A DNA stretch of 64,000 nucleotides from an uncultured Clostridia bacterium (GCA_947625225.1 CANQNQ010000002.1:37397-101396); one strand, 5' to 3'; positions 47,910-57,784 are shown, counted from the stretch's first letter. Numbers and translations: made by a program. Notes: generated by a model not told the origin, from the sequence alone.

Positions 47910-49166
47910 ATGAACGAACAGACTTTGCAAAACATCTCCAATTACGCAGGTATGCTTGCAAAAAAAGGCTACCTCAGGTCGGGCTTTGTCGCCGTGAAGG
48001 AGGAGGACGGGATACTTATCACCGTGCCAAAGGCGCAATATGAGTCCCTGAAAGAGGAGGAAGTCAAATTTGTCAACGACAAGAATATAGAGGAGCTGGA
48101 AGGCAACTTCCGCGCCGCCGCAGTCATCCTGTTCTGTGTGGTAAGGCAGGGCAAGGACGTCGGCGCCGCAGCCATTGTGGACAGCGAGAGCATACTTGAC
48201 TTCTCCACCAAGCGCAAGCCCCTCGCGCCCATCCTCGACGACCTCGCGCAGGTGTGCGGCATCTCCATAAAGAGCGCCGCCAAAAACGTGGCGTCCGAGG
48301 TGGTGACCGCAATATCCGGTCTGCGCAACTCCTGCTTCCTGCCCGACGCGGGCGCGGTGGTAACTGGCCGTACGCTTGACGAGGTGTTTACAGCAACGCT
48401 TGTGTTGGACAAGGCGTGCAACGCCGAGAAGCTGGCGGGCAAAAAGGGCGGCACCGAGAGCATGAAAAAGCTGAACGCCGTGTTGGAACACGTGGTCTAT
48501 AAGCTGAAATACAGCAAAAAGAACACTCAACAACATATGGAAAACGAGGGTGACGCGCCCAAAAAGGATAAGAAGGACAAAAAAGAGGAGCGCGTGACAG
48601 CAATCGTCACCGACGAGGAAAAGCGCATCGCCGCCGCCATAAAGGATACGGGCGTCAGGATGCTTGACGAAAACCTGGTGCAGGGCACCTGGGGCAACAT
48701 AGCCGTCAAGCTGGACGACAAATTTATGCTTGCCACACCATCAGGTCTCGACTACGTGTTGTTAAAGCCCGAGCAGATCGCCAAGGTGGACATGGACACA
48801 CTCGAATGGACGGGCCTTGACAAGGCTACCAGCGAGAAAGGCATACACGCAGTGCTGCTCAAGGGCGAAGGCGTGGGCGCGACGATACACTCCCATCCCT
48901 TCTACGGCTGCATACTCGCGGCAATGAACAAGGCAATGCCCGTGCCCGAAAAATACCAAGATGTGCTTGGCAAGGAGATCCCCTGCGCGGCGGCGGCTTT
49001 GCCCGGCACAAAGGGACTTATAAAAAACGTGTCCGCGGCGATTGGCGACGCGCCCGCATGCTTCCTTGCGCACCACGGCGTCATTGCAAGAGGCAAGGAC
49101 CTCGAGGATACGCTGAACATATGCAGAGCGCTTGAAAACGCCTGCCGCGACTATCTTACCGAGTGA
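47910..49166 (+). CDS. Class II aldolase/adducin family protein, two tandem domains
   Basis: C-terminal domain 'QGTWGN', 'TPSG', 'TSEKGIH', 'HSHP' and 'LAHHGV'; N-terminal domain degenerate ('GAVVTGRTLDE'). Confidence 0.8.
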   Translation: MNEQTLQNISNYAGMLAKKGYLRSGFVAVKEEDGILITVPKAQYESLKEEEVKFVNDKNIEELEGNFRAAAVILFCVVRQGKDVGAAAIVDSESILDFSTKRKPLAPILDDLAQVCGISIKSAAKNVASEVVTAISGLRNSCFLPDAGAVVTGRTLDEVFTATLVLDKACNAEKLAGKKGGTESMKKLNAVLEHVVYKLKYSKKNTQQHMENEGDAPKKDKKDKKEERVTAIVTDEEKRIAAAIKDTGVRMLDENLVQGTWGNIAVKLDDKFMLATPSGLDYVLLKPEQIAKVDMDTLEWTGLDKATSEKGIHAVLLKGEGVGATIHSHPFYGCILAAMNKAMPVPEKYQDVLGKEIPCAAAALPGTKGLIKNVSAAIGDAPACFLAHHGVIARGKDLEDTLNICRALENACRDYLTE

Positions 49167-49228
49167 TTTGATAAAATGGGCTTATATCGCGCAATACGCG
49201 GTTTAAGCGGCAAAAAGAGGTAAATAAA

Positions 49229-49903
49229 ATGGTTTTTCCGCAGATACATAGCGCGGAGGATATGGCAAAGCTCGTGAATGACGCGGGCTTTTTGCCTTTT
49301 TTCAGGAATGAGATAGAGGGCTTTTCCATCGAGGATATCACCCCGCCGTCGCTGTGGTTCAGCGATACCGAGGACGGTCCGTGGGAGTGGAAAGGTCCCG
49401 TCATAGCGCTCACGGGCGGAGCGTACGGCAAGTTTTTCAGGGGCAAGGCGATGTTTGTAAGCAGGCAGTGGTTCGCACACTTTGCAAACTACAGGCGGGA
49501 CGGATACGACTTCGATTCGCGCGTGGACGAGGGGCTTGTGCGCGCGGCGGACGAGAGAGTGTACGGCGCGCTGGAAAGGCTGGGCCCGTCGCTGTCCAAG
49601 CGGCTAAAGGCGTATGTGGGATATGGCGGCGAGGCCGTCAAGGGTTTCGACGGAGTGATGACCAGGCTGGAGATGGGCGGCTATGTTGTGACGGCGGACT
49701 TCGAGTATATGCACGACGCAAGCGGTAAGCGCTACGGCTGGGGAGTGGCGAAGTACGCGACGGTGGAGCAGTTTTTCGGTGAGGAATTCAGAAAAGAGAT
49801 GTACGCCGTCCGCCCTTCGGAGTCCTACGAGATGATGTTTGAGCACCTGCGCGCGCTGTTGCCGTCCGCCGACGAGGCGAGCATACGGCGGCTGTTGGGG
49901 TAG
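49229..49903 (+). CDS. Conserved hypothetical protein (AlkZ-related winged-helix family)
   Basis: 'GFLPFF.NEI.GFS.ED', 'PWEWKG', 'YGKFF.GKA.FVS..WF..FANYRRDGYDFD'. Confidence 0.55.
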   Translation: MVFPQIHSAEDMAKLVNDAGFLPFFRNEIEGFSIEDITPPSLWFSDTEDGPWEWKGPVIALTGGAYGKFFRGKAMFVSRQWFAHFANYRRDGYDFDSRVDEGLVRAADERVYGALERLGPSLSKRLKAYVGYGGEAVKGFDGVMTRLEMGGYVVTADFEYMHDASGKRYGWGVAKYATVEQFFGEEFRKEMYAVRPSESYEMMFEHLRALLPSADEASIRRLLG

Positions 49904-49966
49904 AACAAAATAGCAATAACAAAAATAAGCAGGCGGTTGCCTGCTTTTTTTCATTCGGTGCAACTT

Positions 49967-50722
49967 TTATGCGCAGATGTAGTTTTCAGCCCAGTCGTAG
50001 CTTTTGAGGAATATTTCGGAGGGGCGTGAAATGGCGCCGTCAAGATAGTCCCAATAGTCGCAAGTGATGTTCTGTTTGTTCAGGATGAGTCTTGCGCGCT
50101 CGAAAGTGACGCACTCGAAGCCCGCTGCCTTAAGGGTCTTTCTCAGGCGCCAGACGGCGTCACGGTAGAGAGGTTTTGCCTTGTCAAGGTTCATATCCGG
50201 CCACAGTTGGGATATTGCGTCGGACATCTCGAGGATCTTGCCGTTGTAGGTCAAAAGCAGTGCGAACAGTTCTTTTGACTTGCCCGATGAAAAGCGCACA
50301 GCCATATCGTTGATGAAGCAGTCAAAGGCGCCGAACATATTGGCGGTCATAGTGGGCGCGTCCTTGCCGAGGGAGGAGAGGATAAGTTCGAGCGAGCTTG
50401 CCTCGTAGGGTTTGTACAAAAACGCCATGACGTGCGAGGCGACGTCCTCGTCGAGGTCGTCCTTGGTGAAGTCAAGCGCGGTGATGAACACTATGCGGAT
50501 CGCGGGCAGGGTGGCGATCAGCTCGCGCGCGAGGGCTATGCCGTCTATGTTTGGCATGCGTATGTCCAGAAATGCTGCGACGATGTTGTTCCTGCCGGCG
50601 TAGTCTAATATCTCGCGCTCGTCGTCCTTGAAGAATTTGTATTCGATGTCGGAGCGGTGTATTACGTCGGACAAAAAGGTATGCAGGGCGCTCATTTCGT
50701 CGTCAACGATGATTATTTTCAT
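49967..50722 (-). CDS. Response regulator (REC + winged-helix/SARP-like output)
   Basis: 'IIIVDDE', 'FLDIRMP', 'IVFITA' and 'LYKP'; output 'FGAFDCF...KSKELFALL...LWP'. Confidence 0.88.
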   Translation of the reverse strand: MKIIIVDDEMSALHTFLSDVIHRSDIEYKFFKDDEREILDYAGRNNIVAAFLDIRMPNIDGIALARELIATLPAIRIVFITALDFTKDDLDEDVASHVMAFLYKPYEASSLELILSSLGKDAPTMTANMFGAFDCFINDMAVRFSSGKSKELFALLLTYNGKILEMSDAISQLWPDMNLDKAKPLYRDAVWRLRKTLKAAGFECVTFERARLILNKQNITCDYWDYLDGAISRPSEIFLKSYDWAENYICA

Positions 50723-52097
50723 TTTTTTCAAACTCCTTGGACGTGATGACAATGCTTACGCACGTCCCCTCTCCGGGGGCGCTGTTTATGACGGGCGTGA
50801 TACCCATAAGCACTTCAAACCGTTCGGTAGAATTTTTTATACCGCACGATAACGGGGGGGGGGTACTTTTTGAGTCAAATCCAACGCCGTTGTCCACAAT
50901 ACGGACGACAGCGTTGCCGTCCTTGGTGAGGCGGGAGGAGATTTTGATGTAGCCGTCGGGCTTCTCGTTGACCTTGCTGTGGCGGATGGAGTTTTCAATG
51001 TATGGTTGCAGGGAAAGCACAGGGACGTAAAAATCGGTGTATTCTATGTCGAATATGACGTTGAACTCACGGTCGAAGCACAGGTTTTCAAGCTCGATGT
51101 ATGCCTGAATGTTGTCCAGCTCCTTTTCAAAGGGGATGAGGTCCACGTTTCCCGCTTCGACGTTGGCGCGCATATGTTTTGAGAACAGCGTGATCGCGCG
51201 GTCGCCCAGCTCGAAGCTGCGACGGTACAGCCCCTGTATGGCGGCAAGGGAGTTGAAGATGTAGTGCGGCTTGATCTGCGCGCGCAGCGCCTCCGTCCTC
51301 ACGCGCTCGTACTTGAGCTTGTATTCGCTTACTTTCAGAGCGGCGCGGTCGCCTCGCACAGCAAAGGCGATGTAGGTCAACGCAAACAGCGCGATTTGAC
51401 ATATAGCGTAAAAGCTGGTGAAGCCGTAGGGCGCAAACGTTATCCATCCGCCGCACATAATGTTGCTAAGGCTGCTGCCTATCGCGGTGGCAAGCAGCAG
51501 GGAAGTGGTGTAAAAGGGCGGGTCGTCAATGCCGGACTTTAACACCTTGCCCATTATGATCGACATGACGACGAGTAACGCGGTGACGTAAACGAAGTAT
51601 GCGATAGGCTCAAGTCCCACAAAGCTCAGCCCCGCATAGGCACCTATGCATAAGGCGGCAGCGGCGACAGTAAGCGCGCGCACCGCTCGCGGCGTACGAA
51701 TGGAGTAGGTGTAGCGCTGGAAGGAGAGTACGGAAAGGGTGAGCAGTACAAAGAACATGAAGTAAACTATCCCGAACGCGCGCTCGTCAACTACGGCGCC
51801 CTTGTCTTTAAGAAAGAGCGCGAAGTCGGGCGAGAACACCGTCGCGCCTATAAGACACGCCGCTATGAGAACGGTGTGCAACGTGGAGTCCGATATCTTG
51901 AACATGGAAATGAGCTCCACCGTGAAGATCAGCGAAAAAAAGCACATCACAAAAATGGCCAGCACTTTCACCGCGTACAGATAGGAGCGAGAGGCGCTGT
52001 GCCCGAGCGCGCCGAGTATCGCCGCTATGACGGAGGCGACAACCATTAAAAACAGTTCCGACGTCGTTAGAAACGCCGCTTTGCGTTTGATGTCCAT
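50703..52097 (-). CDS. LytS/YesM-type membrane sensor histidine kinase
   Basis: Multiple TM helices; 'AQIKPHYIFNSL' H-box, 'LQPYIENSIRH' and 'DNGVGF'. Confidence 0.9.
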   Translation of the reverse strand: MDIKRKAAFLTTSELFLMVVASVIAAILGALGHSASRSYLYAVKVLAIFVMCFFSLIFTVELISMFKISDSTLHTVLIAACLIGATVFSPDFALFLKDKGAVVDERAFGIVYFMFFVLLTLSVLSFQRYTYSIRTPRAVRALTVAAAALCIGAYAGLSFVGLEPIAYFVYVTALLVVMSIIMGKVLKSGIDDPPFYTTSLLLATAIGSSLSNIMCGGWITFAPYGFTSFYAICQIALFALTYIAFAVRGDRAALKVSEYKLKYERVRTEALRAQIKPHYIFNSLAAIQGLYRRSFELGDRAITLFSKHMRANVEAGNVDLIPFEKELDNIQAYIELENLCFDREFNVIFDIEYTDFYVPVLSLQPYIENSIRHSKVNEKPDGYIKISSRLTKDGNAVVRIVDNGVGFDSKSTPPPLSCGIKNSTERFEVLMGITPVINSAPGEGTCVSIVITSKEFEKNENNHR

Positions 52098-52200
52098 ACA
52101 CTCAAAAGATAACATTCTATTTTGCCGCTGTCAACATCGAGGCGGCAAAAATCGCCGACAGGTCAAAAAAATTTAAGGAATTTTTTTAGGCGGCGCGCGG

Positions 52201-52222
52201 TTTAGCACTTTTTTAGCACTTT
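52201..52222. promoter_or_regulatory. 11-bp direct repeat, candidate response-regulator site
   Basis: TTTAGCACTTT x2, upstream of -10-like TATGAT and the LRR lipoprotein gene. Confidence 0.55.
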
Positions 52223-52264
52223 ATTTTCTATGATGATGTAAACACCCAATAATGGAGGTAATTT

Positions 52265-53674
52265 ATGAAAAAAGCAAAATTTGTCGTGGCGCTGATGTTT
52301 GTCATGGCGCTGGCTCTTGCGCTCTCACTGACGATGGTGGCGTGCAACGGCGACAAGAACAACGATAACAACGACAACGGCCCCAAGTTTGAGACCCAAG
52401 TCCTTGAAGATGGCACCATCTCGGTCACAGGGCTGAGCTCCGTGTATGAGCCGGAAGACCATACTCTGACCATTCCCGAGACCCTCGAGGGCCGCACCGT
52501 CACGCAGGTCACCATTTCCAAGGGCTATGACCCATCGACACGCAGCGATATCATCTCGCCCAACATTTCCGATATGGTGTTGCCGGACACCGTTCGGCAA
52601 CTCGGCTGCGACGAGTATACGTTTGACGGCATACCCGGCATCGCGCGCTTCAACATTCCGAGGGATCTGCGCAACATCACCTCGCACGCCTTCGACGATA
52701 TCGAGCTCTCCACCACCACCGTTGACGGCATGAGCTATCTGGGCACCGAGGAAAACCCCTATATGATACTGTGGCAGGTGCAGTCCAACAGTGAGCACCT
52801 CACCGGCAACGTCACGCAGGGCACCAGAAAGTTGACTTTGCGCGATGAAACGACCATCGTCGGCCCAAACGCCCTCCTCAACAGATATACCAGCAGCTAC
52901 ACGTCGGTAGATATTGTGGACTTGAAGAACGCCACCATTCTGTGTGATGAGGCATTCTCGCAGTACAACCGCACCGATTGCCCCGTCAGCAGCATAATTG
53001 GCGTTGACAAACTCAAATATGTGGGCGACTATGCGCTGCACGGCTGCAACATGAGCGCAGTGTACTTCGGCGCAGATCTGGAATACCTCGGCAAAGGCGC
53101 GTTTACCGGAAGCAGCAAGTTGGAGACCATCGACATCTCAAACTCCGCTAAACTCAAGACCATCGGCGATTACTGCTTCGAGGGCTGCACCAAAGTCGGT
53201 TCCCGCTTGGATCCCACCCTCAACATTCCCGCGTCCGTCGAGATCATCGGTGACTACGCGTTCAGCAGCGACAGCTTCGTTGAGATCGTCTTTGGCTCCA
53301 ACAGCAAGCTCAAGGAGATCGGCGACTATGCCTTTGCAAGCAACAGCAAGCTGTCAGGCTCCCTCGAGCTGCCCGAAGGTCTGCTCTCCATCGGCAGCAA
53401 CGCTTTCTACGGCAATTATTCTTTGGGTTCGGTCACCATCCCCGCTTCCGTCACGTATATCGGCCGCGGTGCGTTCGATCCGAATCCCAGAACGGGTAGC
53501 TTGCAAGCGACCTTTGCCGATACCAACGGTTGGGGCGTTTCCAAGGACTCCGGCGCCGAGCGCAACGAGATGACCACTCCAGCCCTGCGCCCCGCCACCG
53601 ATCCCAACGGCCCGGCGATCAACGGAAATCTGCTGCAGGGAACGTACGTGGACTACTATTGGAGGAAGGCCTGA
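52265..53674 (+). CDS. BspA-family (LRR_5) leucine-rich repeat surface lipoprotein
   Basis: Lipobox 'MVAC'; repeats 'LKTIGDYCFEGC', 'IPASVEIIGDYAF', 'LPEGLLSIGSNAF' and 'IPASVTYIGRGAF'. Confidence 0.9.
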   Translation: MKKAKFVVALMFVMALALALSLTMVACNGDKNNDNNDNGPKFETQVLEDGTISVTGLSSVYEPEDHTLTIPETLEGRTVTQVTISKGYDPSTRSDIISPNISDMVLPDTVRQLGCDEYTFDGIPGIARFNIPRDLRNITSHAFDDIELSTTTVDGMSYLGTEENPYMILWQVQSNSEHLTGNVTQGTRKLTLRDETTIVGPNALLNRYTSSYTSVDIVDLKNATILCDEAFSQYNRTDCPVSSIIGVDKLKYVGDYALHGCNMSAVYFGADLEYLGKGAFTGSSKLETIDISNSAKLKTIGDYCFEGCTKVGSRLDPTLNIPASVEIIGDYAFSSDSFVEIVFGSNSKLKEIGDYAFASNSKLSGSLELPEGLLSIGSNAFYGNYSLGSVTIPASVTYIGRGAFDPNPRTGSLQATFADTNGWGVSKDSGAERNEMTTPALRPATDPNGPAINGNLLQGTYVDYYWRKA

Positions 53675-53751
53675 TCAGTCTTTCAGAACGTAAAAAGAGC
53701 AGGCGTTTGCCTGCTGTTTTTACATTCGGCGCAAAAACAAGATAAAATTAA

Positions 53752-53806
53752 ATTCCTGTGATGTGGAGGTTTCCTTCACTTCACAGCCATTACGGGAGTG
53801 GTGGCG
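53752..53806 (+). repeat. 55-bp two-hairpin element; copy of 30495-30549
   Basis: ATTCCTGTGATGTGGAGGTTTCCTTCACTTCACAGCCATTACGGGAGTGGTGGCG. Confidence 0.85.
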
Positions 53807-53991
53807 GCATAGCCGACATTGGGACAAAGCTCCCGCACGCAAAGCGAAGTTTACGTGAAATTTGCAAAAATAAACCTCGTTTTCGAGACTTTAGGGTAAT
53901 ACTATAATTTATATGTTCGCGAGCGGAGCAACGTTTGCGCTAAAAACAGCTGCCGATAGGGCAGCTGTTTTTACATCCGGAGCAAAATTAT

Positions 53992-55416
53992 TCAGATCTT
54001 TTTGCGTGCGTGCAGGCAGGCGATGACTATCGCCGCAATTATGCCGCCTGCCACTGCGGCGATCAACAAAATGAGCGCGGTGGCTATCAGCACTATGTAT
54101 AAGACCGTCAGTCCTCCGGAGCTGCTACGTTCCGGATCTTCCGACGCGCACAGCGTAAACGTCAGCTCGCCGTCGGGCAGTCCGTCCAGCGAGAGGGCAT
54201 AGCCGTCCTCGGTCTTTGTAAATCCCTCCGGCGCGCTGCCAAGCAGGAAGCTGTCGGTGCGGATGAATATGTCTATGTCGCCGAAACTACTCCACGTCGT
54301 GGCGGGAGAGAGCAGGTACGTGTAGTCGTATTTGGGCGGGTCGTAGTCGTCGTATATGTATGGATAGATGGGCGCAGTGACGGAGTTGAGCACGCGCTCG
54401 TTTGGGTCGAGGGTGATGTCGTATTCGTACCAGCGCATAAGCAAGCGCTCAAATCCGCTGCCGAAGTCGGCGGTGGTTATGACGATCCCGTTGTCGTACT
54501 CGTCGCTGAGCTCGGCAACTGCCGCGTTGTACAGGTCGACCTTGCTCACGGGGCTATTTTCGGTCCTGCTTGCCATGACGAATTCCTCAAACGTGAGCGT
54601 TGATGTGGACGTCAGTGCCACATCCAAGGAGCACTGTTCCTCATCGCGCAGGCTGCCGTTTTTGTAAAATTTCCAATCGGGGAACTGCGCGTACGGAGTG
54701 CCCAGCACGTACACCGTAAGGGTGTCGTCCAGGTCGACCCATATGCCCGCGCGCGTGACGGCTCCGCGAATGTAGAGGTTGGGGGAGCCGGGGAAAACAA
54801 TGCGCCTGTCCGCGCTGTTTATAAAGTCAAAAGCCGCGCATAAAGTGCCGTTCAGATCAACTTGAGTCGTTCCGCCGTATGCGAAGTCGTATCTGGTCAC
54901 GGTCAGGTCGGGCGAGAAGAAGCTGTCCGTCACGTAGTCGTCGCGGATGAGGGCGAGCTGTCGGGTAGTGTCAAACTTGCCGTACTTATAGCCGGATAAT
55001 GTATGGCGCAGTCGCGTATCCACCGCGTTGCCGTTCACGGTCAGAGCGTAGGAGTCTATGACCTGCGCGTCATCGGCGCCTAAGTCGTAGTAGTAGGGCA
55101 GCGTTCCGAATGGGAAGAGCAGCGTCGCGGTGATAGTGTAGTCGGATGGATTGTAAAAGGTATACTCGGCGGTGACTTTGCCGTCGTAGCCGTCCTGCGT
55201 GCCTACGGTGGGGAAGCTCGTCAGGTCAAAGGTCAGCTGCTCGTGTTCGACGACGATGGGATTTTCGCCGCGCATTATCGCGCCCATGGCGTCCACGCCC
55301 TCGTAGCGCTGCAAAGCCGAGTTGGCATTGGCCAACGACGTGGGCATAAATACGAGCGCCACCGTAACAAGCAGCGCTGCCGCGGCGCATATAGTAAGGC
55401 GTTTTGTAAGTTTCAT
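53992..55416 (-). CDS. Hypothetical exported protein with C-terminal membrane anchor
   Basis: Signal peptide ending 'ANA-NS'; 'VEHEQLTFDL', 'AEYTFYNPSD' and 'YTYLLSPATTWSSFGDIDI'; C-terminal TM plus basic tail. Confidence 0.7.
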   Translation of the reverse strand: MKLTKRLTICAAAALLVTVALVFMPTSLANANSALQRYEGVDAMGAIMRGENPIVVEHEQLTFDLTSFPTVGTQDGYDGKVTAEYTFYNPSDYTITATLLFPFGTLPYYYDLGADDAQVIDSYALTVNGNAVDTRLRHTLSGYKYGKFDTTRQLALIRDDYVTDSFFSPDLTVTRYDFAYGGTTQVDLNGTLCAAFDFINSADRRIVFPGSPNLYIRGAVTRAGIWVDLDDTLTVYVLGTPYAQFPDWKFYKNGSLRDEEQCSLDVALTSTSTLTFEEFVMASRTENSPVSKVDLYNAAVAELSDEYDNGIVITTADFGSGFERLLMRWYEYDITLDPNERVLNSVTAPIYPYIYDDYDPPKYDYTYLLSPATTWSSFGDIDIFIRTDSFLLGSAPEGFTKTEDGYALSLDGLPDGELTFTLCASEDPERSSSGGLTVLYIVLIATALILLIAAVAGGIIAAIVIACLHARKKI

Positions 55417-55738
55417 AATAGCCTCTTTGCTGCGGAACGGGGATAAAAATTATGCCGCCGATACCGCCGAGCATGATTTCTTATTGTAGTTATACGGGCG
55501 CATGTGCGCTCAAATTTGTTTGCATACGCAGGCGGGTACACAGCGCGCCGTTATGGACAAAGTATAGCACATCGGTCGGCGCTTGTCAAGGCGGGCGGCG
55601 GCGACCCGTCTCAAATAGAATGATATAGCTAAGTTAATAGATAAACTATAATAATATTTATCCATAATTGAGCATATATTCAAAGGATATACTTTTTGTG
55701 TTTTTTTGAAAAAAATTGTCGCAACATAGTTATTTTGT

Positions 55739-55767
55739 TTGACACGCCAATTTGAATTAAGTATAAT
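55739..55767 (+). promoter_or_regulatory. Consensus sigma-A promoter of the xpt-ABC operon
   Basis: TTGACA-17 bp-TATAAT. Confidence 0.8.
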
Positions 55768-55858
55768 TCACCTATCATTTGCGAGCAACCAATCACGCAA
55801 ACACAACAGGCGGGACTGCGTTCCACGCCCAACCACCATATATGGTGCAGAGGTGACA

Positions 55859-56437
55859 ATGCAACTTTTGGAAGAGCGCATCCTCAAGGACGGCAAGGTT
55901 TATCCCGGCGAGGTCCTCAAGGTAAGCGGATTTCTGAATCATCTTATAGACGAGCAACTGCTCGACGAGGTCGGTAAGGAAATTTCTGCACGCTTTTGCA
56001 AGCAAAATGTGACGAAAATTCTGACCATTGAGGCATCGGGTATAGCGATAGCATGTGCGGCGGCACACTATCTGCATGCGCCGGTGCTTTTTGCTAAAAA
56101 GAGCAAGACCAACAACATATCCGCGGACTGCTATTGCGCGGACGTGATGTCCTACACGCACGGCACCCTCAGCAAGGTCTGCGTCGACAAGGAGTTTCTA
56201 TCCTCAAGCGACCGCGTGCTGATTGTGGACGACTTCCTTGCGCGCGGCGAGGCTGTCAGGGGGCTGAAGAGCCTCGTCGAACAGGCGGGAGCGGAGCTGG
56301 TCGGTTGCGCCATCGCCATCGAAAAGGGCTTCCAGCCCGGAGGCGCGCAGCTAAGAGCCGAGGGCGTACGCGTGGAGAGCCTTGCCATCATCGACAGTAT
56401 GACGGACGACAGCCTGGTCATACGCCACCAAAATTGA
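55859..56437 (+). CDS. xpt: Xanthine phosphoribosyltransferase
   Basis: 'LKVSGFLNH', 'KILTIEASGIA', 'LIVDDFLA.G' and 'IEKGFQPG'. Confidence 0.95.
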   Translation: MQLLEERILKDGKVYPGEVLKVSGFLNHLIDEQLLDEVGKEISARFCKQNVTKILTIEASGIAIACAAAHYLHAPVLFAKKSKTNNISADCYCADVMSYTHGTLSKVCVDKEFLSSSDRVLIVDDFLARGEAVRGLKSLVEQAGAELVGCAIAIEKGFQPGGAQLRAEGVRVESLAIIDSMTDDSLVIRHQN

Positions 56438-56480
56438 AAAGCAAAAAATAAAGCCTTACGGCTAAAAAGGAGATGTAACA

Positions 56481-57692
56481 ATGAAAAAGAGAATTTTGGC
56501 ACTTGTGCTGTGCGTAGCACTTGTGGCAGCACTCAGCGTCGGTTTGGTGCTTGGTCTTGCGGCCTGCAACAATAACGATGATACTCTCAAAGTGGGTCTT
56601 ATCTGCTTGCATGATGAAAACTCCACCTACGACCTCAACTTCATCGATGCTATGGAGCGCGCAAGAGTTGAGCTTGGTTTTTCCAAAGCCCAAATCGTCA
56701 TCAAGAAGAACATACCCGAAGGCCCCGAATGCTATGACGCCGCAGTTGAGCTCGTCGAAGACGGTTGCGACATCATCTTTGCGGACAGCTTCGGTCATGA
56801 AGATCATATAATCCGCGCCGCCAAAGAGTATAAGGATGTTCAGTTCTGCCATGCTACAGGCACCAAGGCACATACCGAAAATCTTGCCAACTACCACAAT
56901 GCATTTGCTTCCATATATGAGGGCAGATACCTTGCAGGCGTTGCCGCAGGTCTGAAGCTCCAGGAAATGGGTTACGGCGAGGGCACCACTTTGGGCAATG
57001 CACCCAAGGTAGGTTATGTCGGCGCATTCCCCAATGCGGAAGTTAAGTCCGGTTACACCAGCTGGTTCCTTGGCGTTCGCTCTATCATAAGCGGAGCAAC
57101 CATGGATGTTACGTTTACAAGTTCTTGGTATGACCAGGTCGCTGAGCATACCGCAGCAGAAACTCTCATCAGTGCAGGTTGCGTGCTTATTTCCCAGCAT
57201 GCTGACTCCATGGGCGCTCCTAACTCTTGCAAAGAGCACAGTGTTCCCAATGTCACTTATAATGTGAGCACAGAGAGCAGTTGCTCTGGTACATACATTG
57301 CAGGCTCCAGAATCAATTGGACTCCTTACTATGTGTATGCTATTAAGGCGTTGCAGAATGGCGAACAGATAGCGGCAGATTGGACGGGCACGCTTGCAAC
57401 AGGTTCCGTTGAACTGCTTGAAATCGGCACCGCTGCTGCCCCCGGAACAAAGGAGAAGCTCGATGCAGTGAAGGCTAAACTCATTGATGGGACGTTGCAT
57501 GTGTTTGACCTCGACACTTTCACGGTTGGTGGTGTGAAACTCACATCATTCCCCGCTGACATTGATTCCGATGCCGAGTATGTGCATGAGACGGCAGTAG
57601 ATCTTTCTAAGGGCTATATCGAGGAATCAACTCTTCGTTCTGCACCTTACTTTGATCTTGACATTGACGGAATCACACTTCCCCAAGCCTAA
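56481..57692 (+). CDS. BMP-family (nucleoside-binding) ABC substrate-binding lipoprotein
   Basis: Lipobox 'LAAC'; 'IFADSFG', 'YEGRYLAGVAAG', 'SWYD' and 'ISQHADS'. Confidence 0.9.
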   Translation: MKKRILALVLCVALVAALSVGLVLGLAACNNNDDTLKVGLICLHDENSTYDLNFIDAMERARVELGFSKAQIVIKKNIPEGPECYDAAVELVEDGCDIIFADSFGHEDHIIRAAKEYKDVQFCHATGTKAHTENLANYHNAFASIYEGRYLAGVAAGLKLQEMGYGEGTTLGNAPKVGYVGAFPNAEVKSGYTSWFLGVRSIISGATMDVTFTSSWYDQVAEHTAAETLISAGCVLISQHADSMGAPNSCKEHSVPNVTYNVSTESSCSGTYIAGSRINWTPYYVYAIKALQNGEQIAADWTGTLATGSVELLEIGTAAAPGTKEKLDAVKAKLIDGTLHVFDLDTFTVGGVKLTSFPADIDSDAEYVHETAVDLSKGYIEESTLRSAPYFDLDIDGITLPQA

Positions 57693-57784
57693 TAAACGAA
57701 CGAATAAAACAGAGGTTAGACGGAGCGCCGCTCCGTCTAACCGATTTATGACTTAAAAATCTATTTTGCGACGGAGGTAACAAC

